Of a DNA stretch of 64,000 nucleotides, positions 44,977-60,156 are shown piece after piece. Source of the DNA: an uncultured Phycisphaerae bacterium (lineage in GTDB: Bacteria > Planctomycetota > Phycisphaerae > UBA1845 > JANYLN01); the NCBI GenBank assembly GCA_963767465.1, contig CAVYDW010000003.1, positions 848,116-912,115 of the forward strand, written 5' to 3'. How positions within the stretch are numbered: the stretch's first letter is position 1; each line of letters starts with the position of its first letter. The translations under genes were made by a program, and so were the position numbers. Under the pieces are notes generated by a model, which worked only from the letters and a program-made list of their open reading frames with translations, was not told the origin of the DNA and made no database searches.

Positions 44977-45495
44977 ATGAAGGTCAAAGGCAAGGAAGTC
45001 GTCCGGATCACCGAGGCGCTGGCCGTCGGGCCGCAGCCCAGCCAGGAGGACATCCAGCATCTGGCCGAAGAGGGCTACCTGACGGTGATCAACCTGCGGA
45101 TTCCGGGGGAGAAGGACATGGAGATCAGTCCCGAAGATGAAGGGGAGATCGTCCGCGCCAACGGCCTGCGGTATTCGCACATTCCGGTCTTCATGGATGA
45201 CATCCACGACGAAGAGGTCGACATGTTCCGCCACGACCTCAAGCAGCTGATGGGCCCCGTCTACGTGCACTGCGGCACGGAGCCCCGGGCCGCGGCCTTT
45301 GCCATGATGCACTACGGTGTGGAACTGGGCCTGTCGCCCGAGGCGGTCTTCCAGAAGGCCGGCCAGCTGGGGCTGGACCTCGGCGGCGAGAAGATGCGCG
45401 ACTTCATGCGGCGCTACCTCACCAGCCGCCAGGAGAGCCAGCGCGACCGCCAGGACGAGTTCGACGTCGAGCAGGGGCCGGACTTCCTGGAATAG
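44977..45495 (+). CDS. DUF442/PTP-like phosphatase or sulfurtransferase
   Basis: GPQPS, TVINLR, GLRYSHIPV, PVYVHCGTEPRA (CX5R). Confidence 0.8.
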   Translation: MKVKGKEVVRITEALAVGPQPSQEDIQHLAEEGYLTVINLRIPGEKDMEISPEDEGEIVRANGLRYSHIPVFMDDIHDEEVDMFRHDLKQLMGPVYVHCGTEPRAAAFAMMHYGVELGLSPEAVFQKAGQLGLDLGGEKMRDFMRRYLTSRQESQRDRQDEFDVEQGPDFLE

Positions 45496-45610
45496 CGGGA
45501 ATCGCGGCGGGTCCAACGGGGCTTGCCTCCGACACCCGGGCGGCTGCCGCGGTCGTGCCCGACCGACCGAGTTGGAGGGCGTGTGACGGATTTCGGCGGG
45601 ACGCCCTCCG

Positions 45611-45639
45611 TTGACGCCCTCTTTTACCAAACATATCAT
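45611..45639 (+). promoter_or_regulatory. Sigma70-like promoter TTGACG-N17-TATCAT for leuS
   Basis: Near-consensus hexamers with 17-bp spacer, 85 bp upstream of the ATG. Confidence 0.65.
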
Positions 45640-45723
45640 GGCCCATCTGGCTGGCGACGCGGGAGTCTGTACGTGTATCGGTCCCTGCGCCGCACCGTCT
45701 TGCGCCAGTTGAGGATTCCGAAG

Positions 45724-48783
<3,060 letters not shown>

Positions 48784-48880
48784 TGGCCCTTGCCATGGAG
48801 CGTCAGCGGGTCTATTCTCAAGGGCTACGGGACCCGGCGCGTATGGTTGGTCTGACCCGAGCGCTGTCGAGAAGACTCGT

Positions 48881-48967
48881 GGAGAGGTGGCTGAGCGGCT
48901 GAAAGCGGCGGATTTGAAATCCGCTGAGCCCTTCGGGGCTCCGGGGGTTCGAATCCCTCCCTCTCCG
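48881..48967 (+). tRNA. tRNA-Ser(TGA), CCA not encoded
   Basis: GGAGAGG/CCTCTCC acceptor stem, GCGGA-TTTGAAA-TCCGC anticodon arm, long variable arm AGCCC-TTCG-GGGCT, GGTTCGAATCC. Confidence 0.96.
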
Positions 48968-49261
48968 TTCTTCTCTGCTCGGATCATAACCAGCGTCACA
49001 TGCTGAAGTTACGAATTCCGACATGTCCACTACATGTGCACAAAATCGCACAAAGTGGCTTTGCCACAATCACGAACGAGTCTTTCTTGCCTTTGCAATG
49101 GCGTTCTTTCGACAGCAAGGAGCGTCTGTGTCTTTAGCAGATCCAGACAGATGCTTCAGGTGGAGTCCCATCAATGGGCGGCGACTATGAGGCCAAGCAG
49201 CTGGCCGTGACATCGCAGTGCGCAGAAGCGTCGGCTCTTCGGCTCCCCTTCTTGCCGCTTT

Positions 49262-49589
49262 CTAGGACAGTCCGCGAAGCCAGGATGTTCGAGCCGTCCA
49301 CGCACCAGAGGTCCCAGCCGATCTGACCGTCCTGATCCAGTCGGACCTACAACCACTGCAGGATTTGGTCGAACAGACCTTGCGCCGGCGGCTGAAGCGG
49401 TCGTAGACGGTCTTCCAGGGGCCACAGCGCCTCCGGCAGTTCTCGCCGCTGGGCTCCGCTGTGCAGAAGCCAGAACACGTCATTGAGCACCAGGCGGTGT
49501 TCCCGCCACTGTCCGCCGCTCTGACCATTGGGCGGCATCACGCCCTGAATCTGTTCGCATTGTTCGTCCGTCAATTCGTACCGTCGCAT
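49262..49589 (-). pseudogene. Decayed IS5-family transposase fragment (DUF4096 N-terminus)
   Basis: MRRYELTDEQ, GAQRRELP, GPWKTVYDRF, WCVDGSNI, spread over frames with a stop. Confidence 0.8.
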
Positions 49590-50312
49590 CGTCAGACTCC
49601 GTACGTTCTGACAATTCTAGCCAGCTTCTGGGGGCATTGCTCATTTCATGGTAGTACGACGCGGCTGTCAGCGGGTGCTTCTCCCGCATGTCCGCCAACA
49701 CGGCGCTCCTGGTATACGCAAGCGCTCGGCCTCCCGATATCCACAAGGCTCAACCGGCTGCGCCGCTTACCTAGCACGCGACAGAGTCTGACAGTCTTCG
49801 GGAGTGCTTCGCAGCCCCCCGCTGGCATGGGTGGGCCTGCAATGTCCGGCGCTGTCAGCGATTGTCTTGCAGCGCTGGTATCTGTCGTGGCGTTACTAAT
49901 AAGTGTATTGACATCGGTGGGCTGCGTACCTATAGTGCCAGCCGGCATGTGCTTTCTGTTGTGGATGCAGTGAATGAGGTCGCAGCGCGGGCCATGCTGT
50001 TGCGACGTGCTCAGTGCATTTGTAGTTAAGCAGACTTGGACGGAAGGGTCGTGGTCGTACAGCAGCGGAGCGATTCGATTGCTCTGTATACTTGTACTAC
50101 CTGTCTGATGCCGATTTCTTGTTTCATGGCATATTTGCTTGAGGGATGCCGTTGAGAACCCGTCGCGTTGGTGCGCCAAGAGGTCAAATGCCGGGCCGTG
50201 GGTGAGATCGCAGCCATGTGTGGGCCTCGGGATCGTCCTGTACTCATTCAAAGGATGATCGGCTGCAAGGGATGCGGTATTTGTTGATTGAAATGACAGG
50301 GAGGATCAGCGC

Positions 50313-53300
50313 ATGTCGCTGGGACTGAATCGAGGCTATTTGCGAGTTGTGGCTGCATCTTGCTTGCTCCTCGCATGCGCCTATCCGGCGATGGCCCAAG
50401 CGGTAGTGATCGAGAGGGTTACGATTACAGTTACGCCTCCCACGGTTTATCCGCTTCCTCCGGACGGGAAATCCTCCGCCCAGCTCACGGCGTACGACGC
50501 TGATGGGCCCGTCCCGGAGATCATCTGGAAGTTCAACGACAGCGACACCTTCGGCTGCCAGCTTACGGAGGATGGCCTATTCACTGCCGGAAAAGAAGTT
50601 GGGCAAGTGGTAGTAGTCGGATGGTACGGGGGTGACACGCCGGGTTGGCTTGAACGAGTGGCCAATAAGATCGTCGAAGTCTCCTGCGACGGCATCTGCG
50701 AGAACCTGCGATCAGCCCGGCAGCGGGTCGTTTGGACTGGGACAGGACGGCATGACGTTTGACTTGGGCAGGGCCGGCCCGTCGGGATCAGCCGGAACGC
50801 TCGTTGTCCAGCCCGATGAATGGTTCGGCTTGCCAGGTGACGCGGCAAATGTTCGAGCTTGGCGTGCTCAATGCAAGCACCGACGTTGACGTGGTACGAG
50901 ATATGGGGACCGACTGGCTGCGGCAGGTATACAACCCAGCGCAGGGATTGGTCGACATTGTTCCAACCGGTGAGGAGGGATATACCCTCAGCTGGTATCG
51001 TCCGAACCAGGTGGGTGCCAAGCTTCCGCCGGTATGGTCGGCCATGGGCGCGGAAGCCAAGGGTGCCGTGTGCGCCCTGACGACGTACGATGGCGGCTGG
51101 ATCGCTGCGGGCCCCTTCCGGTTGGGAAGTTCTCCCTCGACCACGTACACCGGCATCGCACGCTGGAACGACGCTGCCGGCTGGCAGACGGTGGACGGTA
51201 GCGTGGGTGGTGAGGTGGATACCTGGGCGGACGTAAACGCCCTTGCTGCTTAGTATCTGTTTAGCGGCCTGAAAGACACTGATTGGTGAGCGGAGTGGTT
51301 GGCATATAATAGTGTTGCCGCCGGCGCGGTGGAACTTGGGTTGCGACGCGGTTGGAACCGGCGAGCAAGCGGGGTCAAGGATGGCCCGAGCGAGTTACGA
51401 AGAACTTCTGGCCGAGAATCAGCAACTCCGGCAGCGAGTAACGGAACTGGAAGGGCAGGTTCGGCAGTTGACCGCTCAAGTTCGCGAACTGACCGCCCAA
51501 TTCCAGGAAGCCCTGCGAGCCACCAAACGGCAAGCCGCGCCGTTTTCCAAGGGACCGCCCAAAGCAAACCCTAAGCTTCCCGGTCGCAAGGCCGGGGCAG
51601 ATTATGGTCCCAAGGCGCATCGCCCTCTGCCGGAGCAGATGCCTGACGAGATCCACGACGTGCCTCTGCCCGAGCGGTGCCCCGACTGCGGCGGGCCTGT
51701 GCGGGAAGATCACATCGATCGGCAATTCCAGGTCGAAATCCCGCGCAAGCCCCTCGTACGGCGGTTCGATGTCCACGTCGGAGGGTGCCGCGCGTGCGGC
51801 CGACGCATTCGTCCGCGGCATCGCTTGCAGACCTCGCAGGCGAGCGGGGCGGCGGCCTCACAGACCGGACCGGACCTGCAAGCCCTGATCGCGATGATGA
51901 AGGACAAGTACGGACTGAGTTACGGGGACATCCAGGGACTGTTAAATGACGGCTTCGGCATCTCGATCAGCCGAGGCGGGGCCGCCCAGGTCGTGCAGCG
52001 GGCAGCGCAGCGAGCCGAAGCGTTCTACGACCGCATCGGCCAGATCGTGCGGGCCAGCGATACGGTCTATCCCGACGAGACGGGCTGGAAGGTCGGCGGG
52101 CTGCTGAAGTGGCTATGGGTCTTCGCGGGCGAGCAGGTCAGATACTACGTGATTCGTCCCAGCCGCGGCCGCGATGTGCTGGAAGAGGTGCTGGGCAGAG
52201 ACTATAGCGGGTGGATGACGCATGACGGGTGGGCTCCGTATGACGGCCTGGAGCAGGCGGAGCATCAGCAGTGTGTCACCCACCTGCTGCGCCGGGCCCA
52301 GGACCTGTTGGAACGGGCCCGCCGCGGGGCGGTCCGCTTCCCGCGGCAGGTTCACCAATTGTTGCTGGACGCCCTGGACCTGCGGGACCGACGGGATGTC
52401 TTTTCGATCAGCTCTTACGGCTTGGCTGTAGCGCAGGGGCGATTGGAATCGCGACTGAAGGGATTGCTGGGCTGGAGGCTCTCGCACGAAGGTAACCGGA
52501 AGTTCCGGGACCATTTGGCCCGGCACGCCGAACAGATCCTCACGTTCCTGTACGTATGGGGGCTGGAGGCGAGCAACTGGCCAGCCGAGCAGGCGATCCG
52601 TCCGATGGTGGCCAATCGCAAGGTCTTCGGGGGAAATCGCACGTGGGCCGGGGCCCATGCCCAGGAGGTGCTGGGTAGTCTGTTTGCCACCTGCGCTCAG
52701 CAGACCCGCGACAGCCTGAGGTTGCTGTCAAACCTGATTCGCGCCACACCCCGTCAGCGAGCCGCCTACCTTGGGCACTTCCTCCCCGCCCCGGCGGGCT
52801 AACACCTCAGACCGCTAAACAGATACGCTGCTTATAACGGAGATCTGGTCGTAGGGGGTTCCTTCCTGCAAGTGGGAGGGATCAGCTGCAACGGCATCGC
52901 CCGCTGGAACCAGACGGACGGATGGCGAGCCCTTGGCACAGGCGTGCAACCTCTGTCGATCTCTGGCGTGCAGGCTCTGACCGTTTACCACAGTGACCTG
53001 ATTGTAGGCGGCAAATTCAGTACGGCCAGCGGCTTGACGGTCCACGGGATTGCCCGCTGGAACGAGACGAATGGCTGGAGGGCGTTGGGTGCCGGCATAG
53101 CGGATTCGTGGGACGGTGTGAACGCCTTGACCGTCTATGGTGACGATCTGTTCGTGGCGGGCGGCTTCAACACGGCCGGCGGCCTGACAGTCCACGGGAT
53201 CGCCCGCTGGAACGAGACGGATGGCTGGAGAACGTTGGGCAGCGGCATAGAGGATTCATCATTTTGCGTATATGCCTTGGCGGTCTATGGTGACGAGCTG

Positions 53301-56300
53301 ATCGTGGGCGGTGCTTTTACCATGGCAGGGAGCGTGACCGCCAACGGCATCGCCCGCTGGAGCGGGGCGAACGGCTGGCGGACACTGGGAACAGGGATGG
53401 GAGACAACACTGTGTACGGGTACGGGCTGGCGGTGCGGGCCCTTGCCTTATATGGCACCGACCTGGTCGCAGGGGGCGATTTCACGACGGCCGGAGGCAT
53501 CACGTGCAACCGAATTGCCAGGTGGGATGGCACGTCGTGGCTGTCGACTGGCGGTGGGATGAATGGTTCCGTATACTCCTTGGCCGTCAACGGCACCCAG
53601 TTGGTTGCCGGCGGCGAGTTCCGTGCCGCCGGCGGCGTACCCGTGAGCTTCATTGCCCGAGGGGTTCCTGGGGAGGACGGCGGGGGACTCTACCCAGTAT
53701 CTGGTGTTCCGTTCGCCAGGTATGTCGTATCTGTCCCGGATACCGAAGACGACAGCCGGCGGCTCCACGTGGCCAAGGAGCTCGCCGGCTCGCCGACAGC
53801 ACAGTACGATTACACCTATACGTATGCGTACGCGTCGGCCCAATCGGAGATGCAGTCGCAGGGCGAATCGGAGCCAACGCAGACGGCGACTTGGCAACTG
53901 ACGACAAGCGACAAGGACGGTAATCCCGCGCGGATCGAGGTGCTGGAGAAATCGGAGTACTCGTCTGGCATTCGTACCGAGACGACCACCGTCTTGGCCG
54001 TCGACGGCGGACAACAGACCGCGGCCCACAAAGAACTCCGGACCTACGTCAACATCGCCCCCGATGCCGATCGGTTCGAACGTCATGACGGCAAAGGAGG
54101 TCGATCCCGAAGGGTCCGATCTAACTACAACGTGGGACTACTACACCACCACCGACGATCAAGGCAAGAAGTTCGGTCTCCCTAAGAGCGTACTGTATCC
54201 CGACGGATCGTGGGTGTGCTATGGGTACTACCCGGATGGCAGGCCCAAAGCGCAGTACAGGTCATGGCATGATGTGGCCATGACCGACCCCCCACCTGCG
54301 GATTCTGTCAATGCTCTCGAGTACAACTACGCGCCCGTGGACGCCAGCGATACGGGCGACGTGGAACGCAGCCGTCCGCGAACGGTGACCGAGAAGATCG
54401 AGGGGCACGTTGTTGCCCGAACGTACCATGCCCACTACATCGACTCTGCGACTGGCGAGAGGGTCGAGATTGAGGAGCTGGATGCGGCACCAAGTGCCTC
54501 GAATCGGTATGGACAGCCGGACAACCTCCGAACGAGGACGACTTACCTGCCGGTAGACCCGATGAGCCAGGAGATCAGCGGCCGGGTTCACACGATCGAG
54601 TACCCTGACGGCCGCCTGGATACCTACGACTATGTGGCCGGCGGTTACGATCAGGGCACTCATGTCTTCAACGCGAGCGGTACGGGGGCTGTACAGATCA
54701 CCGTCACACACGGGACGACATCGTTCCCAGGTGGCATCGCCCTGAAGACCACGCAAGACGTTTCCGTCGTCGACGATCTGGGCCCTGTATGGCTCGAGGA
54801 AGCGCGTGTTTGCACCGGTTCGGGAACGTTCGCTTCGCTCGGCGTGACCCGGCATGAGTATGATGACAAGGGCCACCAGACAGCCTCATACTATCCGAAC
54901 GCGACACACGCGACCTCGGCCTGGGACTGCTGCTATCGCGAGTCGGCAACGGCCACCGATGGCACGCGAACCGATTATGAGCGTTACGATGTCCTCGGCC
55001 ATCTCCTCCAGAAGACGGTGGAAGGCATCGACAGCAGCGGCAGTCCGGGAGACATTGGCTACCGCCCATCGATCACGACAACCTACACGTACGACGGCAA
55101 GGGGCGTCAACTTAGCAGGACCGTAGGCGGAACGCCCACAACTGAAACGGCCTATCGCCTTGATGGCCGCGTCGACCACACGACCGATGCTTCCGGCCTC
55201 CGGACGCAGTACGGCTACCCGTCGGTTGCTCCTCGCATCGAGACAACGATTCGTCCGGGCGAGGCCATGGAAACGAGGCAGTACTATCCCGATGGCCGGC
55301 TCAAGACGGTGACCCGCGGCAACGTCGTGATGCAGTACTATGTGTACGACCTTGAGGGCGACAATCTGCGCACGAAGGTCTACAGCGGCGATTACGGATC
55401 GGCGATGTGGGTCGAGACCGTCGTCGATGCGCTCGGGCGTACGAAGGTCCAGCGAAGGTCCGGATGTCCGGCCAGCGGCGCACCCACCACCATCGCTACA
55501 ACGTATGATTACTACACGACCGATGGCCCCGCCAAGGGCAAGCTTTGGAAGGTCACTCCTGACGGCAGGGCCGCGACGATCCATGAGTACGATTCGTTCG
55601 GGCAGGCTTTGTCGGATGGGCTTGGACGCCGACGGCGACGGGCAGCTGACGAACGGCTCCGTCGACCGTATCACCGAGACGCAAGCTGCCTACGCGCAGG
55701 AGGATAACGCCTGGTGGTGGGTCACGGAGAACAGTGTCTACAACCAGGACAACGTCGATACGCCCGTCACGGCGGGCACCCGGAAAGTGTGGCTCAGCGG
55801 CGACACCGGTGTAACCGGTGTCGTAACAGCTCTGACCAAGTGGATCGACTCAAATCAGAATCAGACGAAGACAGTCGTCACCGTCGACTCCGCTAACAAG
55901 ACAGACACTCGGCTCGTACATTATCCTGATAGTACCGACGACGAAGTCACGGTCACGGTCAACCGGCTGGTTCAGTCCGTTACGTCCAAGACCGGCCTCC
56001 TCACGCAATATGGCTATGACGCGCTCGCCCGTCCGACGAAGTTCGTCGATGCGCGGAAGGGCACGGCCGAAACGGTCTACTATGCCTCGGGCGTTGCCGC
56101 CAAAGGCAAGGTGTATTACGTCAAAGACGCCGACGGGCGGCAGACCACGTACACGTACGATGCCAACGGGCGACTGTCCTCTGTGGAGGACCCCGCCGGC
56201 AAGAAGCAGTACTTCGACTACAACGACCGTGGGCAGCAGATCCGTACCTGGGGCGAGGCCACCTACCCGGCAGCCCGCGAGTACGATGATCTCGGTCAGT

Positions 56301-59201
56301 TGAAGACGCTGAAGACATACCGCGACCCGGGCGGTGTCTACACCTGGACAGGCTCTGCCTGGCCAAGCCCGTCGGACACCGATGCTGAGGTCACGCAGTG
56401 GGCGTACGACCCCGCCAGTGGGCTGCTTACCTCCAAAACGTACGCCGATGGGACCCACGTGGACTATGCATACTCGGCCCAGGGCCGGCTTGCGACGAGG
56501 ACGTGGGCGAGGGGTGTAACTACCACGTACGCGTACTACGGCCCGACGGACAGCCTCAAGACGGGCGAACTCAAGGGAGTTACATACTCCGACGGTACAC
56601 CCGAACTGACGTATTCGTACAACCGGCTGGGCCAACCGGCAACGGTTACGGACGCTGTGGGCACGCGAACGTTCACATACAATGATGCCATGCAGCCGCT
56701 GAGCGAGAGCATCAACGGCTCGGGCGGTGGGCTCTTTAGCAAGACGATTACCCGCAGCTATCAGGGGTCCGGTGCAGGCGAAGTCCCCGGCCGGTACGCG
56801 GGCCTGTCGATTGGCAACGACTATGCCGTTGCATACGGCTATGACACCGTCGGTCGACTGAACAACGTTTCAGGGCCGGGTCTGCCGAGCGGCGGTGTCG
56901 TGTACGGCTACGTCACCAATGCTGACCTCGTGAACTCGTTGTCGTACAGCGATGGTGCCAGCACGCTGGCATCGGCCACATGGCTATACGGCCCGGAGGC
57001 CACGCCGGTCGATCACCGCGACGTTCTATCGAGCATCGAGAACAAGACCGGCGCCACAACCGTCTCCAACTACGGCTACACGTACGATCCGCTGGGGCGG
57101 CGGGCATCGGTGGTCAACCAGGGCACAGCCTTCGCGGCCTCCCGATTGAACAAATGGGGCTACAATGACCGCAGTGAACTGACCAGTTCGTACCGCCACG
57201 AAGGCATCGACCCGGACAATGCCGGGACAGAAGTGACCGCGGAGCGCCGGGGCTACGCATACGACAACATCGGGAACCGGCAGAGCCACACGGACGGCCC
57301 CGTCACGCCGCCCGGCGCCACCTACACGGCCAGCAACCTGAACCAGTACGAGAAGATCACGCCGCCCAACGAGGTCCTGTCCTACGATCCCGACGGGAAT
57401 CTCATACGGACGGCCTCGGCGGCCGACTTCAACGCGGACGGGGCCGTTAATCTGCTGGACTTCAACGTCTTCGACGGCTGCTTCACTGGGCCTATTGGCA
57501 CAGTGGCCGCCGGCTGCGAAAAGCCCGATCTCAACGGCGATGGGCACGTGGACCTGAAGGACTTCCTGCTACTGCAAACGTCCTTCGGCGGTCCGGGGGC
57601 TCCGTCGGGCAACGTGCCAGCGACACTGTACACCTGGGACGGCGAGAACCGCCTGATCGCGGTCGAGCCGCAGACTCCCACCACCGGTGCCAAGAAGGTG
57701 ACCTGCCAGTATGACTACCTGGGCCGTCGGGTGCGGAAAGAGGTGCGGCACTGGGATGGCGGCAACTGGACGATCGATAGCGACCAACGGTTCGTCTACG
57801 ACGGGTGGAACGTGGTGATGGTCCTCAACAGCGCCGGGGTCGCGCAGCAGAAGTTCACCTGGGGCCTCGATCTCTCGGGAACTATTCGGGGCGCCGGCGG
57901 GATCGGCGGGCTATTGGCCGTCGAAGAGACAAGCGGCTCGAGCGCTGGGTCATATTGGTTCTTCTACGACGGGAACGGCAACGTCGGGCAAGTCATCCGT
58001 GCGAGCGATCGGTCTGTGGTCGCCAGATACGAGTACGACCCATATGGGAACACTCTGACGGCCGAGGGAACGTACGCCAGCGCAAACGTGTTCCGCTTCA
58101 GCACGAAGTGGAACGATACCGAAACCGGGCTGTACTACTATGGCTACCGCTACTACAGCCCACGGCTCGGGAGATGGGTGAATCGAGATCCACTGGGGGA
58201 AACGGGCGGGAAGAACCTGTACGGGTTTGCGGGCTCCAGGCCGACGTACGCGATCGATCCGAACGGGCAGTTCGCCGAGGAGTTGATGAATCTTGCACTG
58301 CAGGGCCGATTCCTGTCAAATCAGGAGATCCAACGTGCACAATTCGCCGGCGATTATGGTCTGACGAATGCTACGAGCAGCCTGCTATACACTATACAGG
58401 AGGCAGGTGCTGCTTTGATTGATCCAGGCGCTGGGCACAGATACCACAAGGATTTGAGCAAGGATACCTGCAACAAGCTATCGCAGCGACGTCCGCCCGA
58501 TTTGAGTCCTTCATCGCATCACAGGTGGCGGCTGGTGCAAGCTTCGAGCAAACGTCGTCCAATGTGTTGCTCACTGATCTGTACTTCAGCGACTTGACGG
58601 GTGTTACCCAGATAGGCGAAGGGCTATCCGGTGTTGATCTGGCAACAAACGAACCCCTCGACACATTTGAGTCCTTTCGCCGAGGCGTTCAAGGCGGCAG
58701 CCTGATCATCCTGAATATCGCTGCGGCTGCCGGAGGAGATGACCCCGCGATGGCTGGGGACTCGGGGCGCAAGCTGCCGCCGCCCGAGCCGCCGCGCAAG
58801 CCGAAACTGGTGCCCTTGAGAACACCGTCTGCAAGGTCGCAAGTACCGCGGAAGACGCAGCGACGCTGGAATCGCGACTCAAAGCACATCTGGATGACGC
58901 TCTCGAGCGTCTACTTCGGGACGGGTTCACCGAAGCACAGGCCAGACGTTTGCTTACAGATCCAGACATGGAAGGCCTTTTCACCGGCGAACGCATTGAC
59001 ACGTTCTTCAAAGAGTCTGTGGCCGCTGATCCCCTCCTGGGGAACCTGCAGACCACCCCCCGGTTTCAGTTTGGTCCCGATGTGTACGATCCCGCGGCTG
59101 GCACGTGGTGGGACGTCACGACCCCTGGCCAATGGGGCATGCATGTGAGAAAATACACACCAATGTTTGGACAAGGCAGTCCGCTCTTTTATTCAGACTG
59201 A
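50313..59201 (+). CDS. Giant secreted Rhs/YD-repeat polymorphic toxin, interrupted by IS66 (plus several frameshifts)
   Basis: GGAGG RBS, signal peptide (..AYPAMA-Q), Ig-like start, GIARW propeller repeats, YD repeats, core end GLYYYGYRYYSPRLGRWVNRDPLGETGGKNLYGF..IDPNG, variable C-terminal tip. Confidence 0.85.
51253..52826 (+). mobile_element. IS66-family element (single-ORF type), 1574 bp
   Basis: 20-bp TIR GTATCTGTTTAGCGG(C/T)CTGA with one mismatch; 8-bp TSD GCTGCTTA (51245-51252 / 52827-52834). Confidence 0.95.
51381..52802 (+). CDS. IS66 transposase, intact
   Basis: KRQAAPFSK, CPDCGG, YPDETGW, THDGWAPY, QQCVTHLLR, SNWPAEQAIR. Confidence 0.93.
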   Translation: MARASYEELLAENQQLRQRVTELEGQVRQLTAQVRELTAQFQEALRATKRQAAPFSKGPPKANPKLPGRKAGADYGPKAHRPLPEQMPDEIHDVPLPERCPDCGGPVREDHIDRQFQVEIPRKPLVRRFDVHVGGCRACGRRIRPRHRLQTSQASGAAASQTGPDLQALIAMMKDKYGLSYGDIQGLLNDGFGISISRGGAAQVVQRAAQRAEAFYDRIGQIVRASDTVYPDETGWKVGGLLKWLWVFAGEQVRYYVIRPSRGRDVLEEVLGRDYSGWMTHDGWAPYDGLEQAEHQQCVTHLLRRAQDLLERARRGAVRFPRQVHQLLLDALDLRDRRDVFSISSYGLAVAQGRLESRLKGLLGWRLSHEGNRKFRDHLARHAEQILTFLYVWGLEASNWPAEQAIRPMVANRKVFGGNRTWAGAHAQEVLGSLFATCAQQTRDSLRLLSNLIRATPRQRAAYLGHFLPAPAG

Positions 59202-59209
59202 GGGTCGTG

Positions 59210-60148
59210 ATGGACACTGAGGTACTGAAGAGATTGATCCGCGGCGAGCCTCTGGATGGCTTGGGCCTGCACCTGAAGGATGGACGAATCGACCTGAGTG
59301 GGTTGGTTGTTCCCGAACCGGTTGCGCGAAGGACGATTCGCACGGCCATAGCCGATGTTGTCCAATTGAATGTCATCACTGTCAGGGGAGCGGCTTGGAG
59401 GAGGTTGGACTTCACCGGGTCGCGACTGAACGGACTTCGGTTGTTCGATTGCGGACTCAGTGACTGTGTATTTGACAAAAGCAGTTGCCAGGGTTGGCGG
59501 ATCTGGTCAACGACGATTACCGACACGAGCTTTCGCTCGACCGACCTCCGCGGGTCCGCGCTAGGTGCCGTGCAAGAGGGAAAGAGGAACGTCTTCCGGA
59601 ATGTGGACTTTGCGGGGGCCGATCTCCGGCAGAGTTCATATGTCGCCACTGAGTTTACCGGCTGTACGTTCAAACACACACGCCTCAATAAGGTGGACTT
59701 TCAGACAAGCGCATTTACCAATTGCGAGTTTACCGGCGAGTTACAGGAGGTGCTGTTTTACCGACGAGGCTTCAAGGGAGAGGCATTCCCCCCGAACGAA
59801 ATGGATAATGTCAGTTTTGCAGGAGCCAAGTTGCGCTGGGTAGAGTTTCGTGGGTTGGATATGACGAACGTGCTCTTCCCGCAGGATGATGACCATATCA
59901 TTGTGGATGATTATCCGAGCACGGTCGAACGATTGGTGGGGACGTTTGAGGGGAAGGATGATCTTGCTTCCAGGAGACTGGCAGTCATCTTCAGAATGAA
60001 GCGGAAGTGGGCCGGCGCAGGGCAGCGCCGCGGTGTCCTTAACAAGAATGACCTCCTGGAACTCGGAGGCGAAGAGGGGCTGCGTCGCGTTCTCGATGCA
60101 CTTGCCTCGCGAGATTCGGGATGTGAGAGGATGGCTGACGATGGGTAG
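59210..60148 (+). CDS. Pentapeptide-repeat protein, probable cognate immunity protein
   Basis: Repeats such as DFTGS, SFRST, DFAGA, EFTGC, SFAGA; starts 8 bp after the toxin stop. Confidence 0.7.
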   Translation: MDTEVLKRLIRGEPLDGLGLHLKDGRIDLSGLVVPEPVARRTIRTAIADVVQLNVITVRGAAWRRLDFTGSRLNGLRLFDCGLSDCVFDKSSCQGWRIWSTTITDTSFRSTDLRGSALGAVQEGKRNVFRNVDFAGADLRQSSYVATEFTGCTFKHTRLNKVDFQTSAFTNCEFTGELQEVLFYRRGFKGEAFPPNEMDNVSFAGAKLRWVEFRGLDMTNVLFPQDDDHIIVDDYPSTVERLVGTFEGKDDLASRRLAVIFRMKRKWAGAGQRRGVLNKNDLLELGGEEGLRRVLDALASRDSGCERMADDG

Positions 60149-60156
60149 GAGAACCG

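Noticed and set aside
49620-50300. ORFs 49461-49973 and 49646-50251
   Set aside because: No motifs, no RBS and non-coding-like composition; probably island spacer or regulatory DNA.
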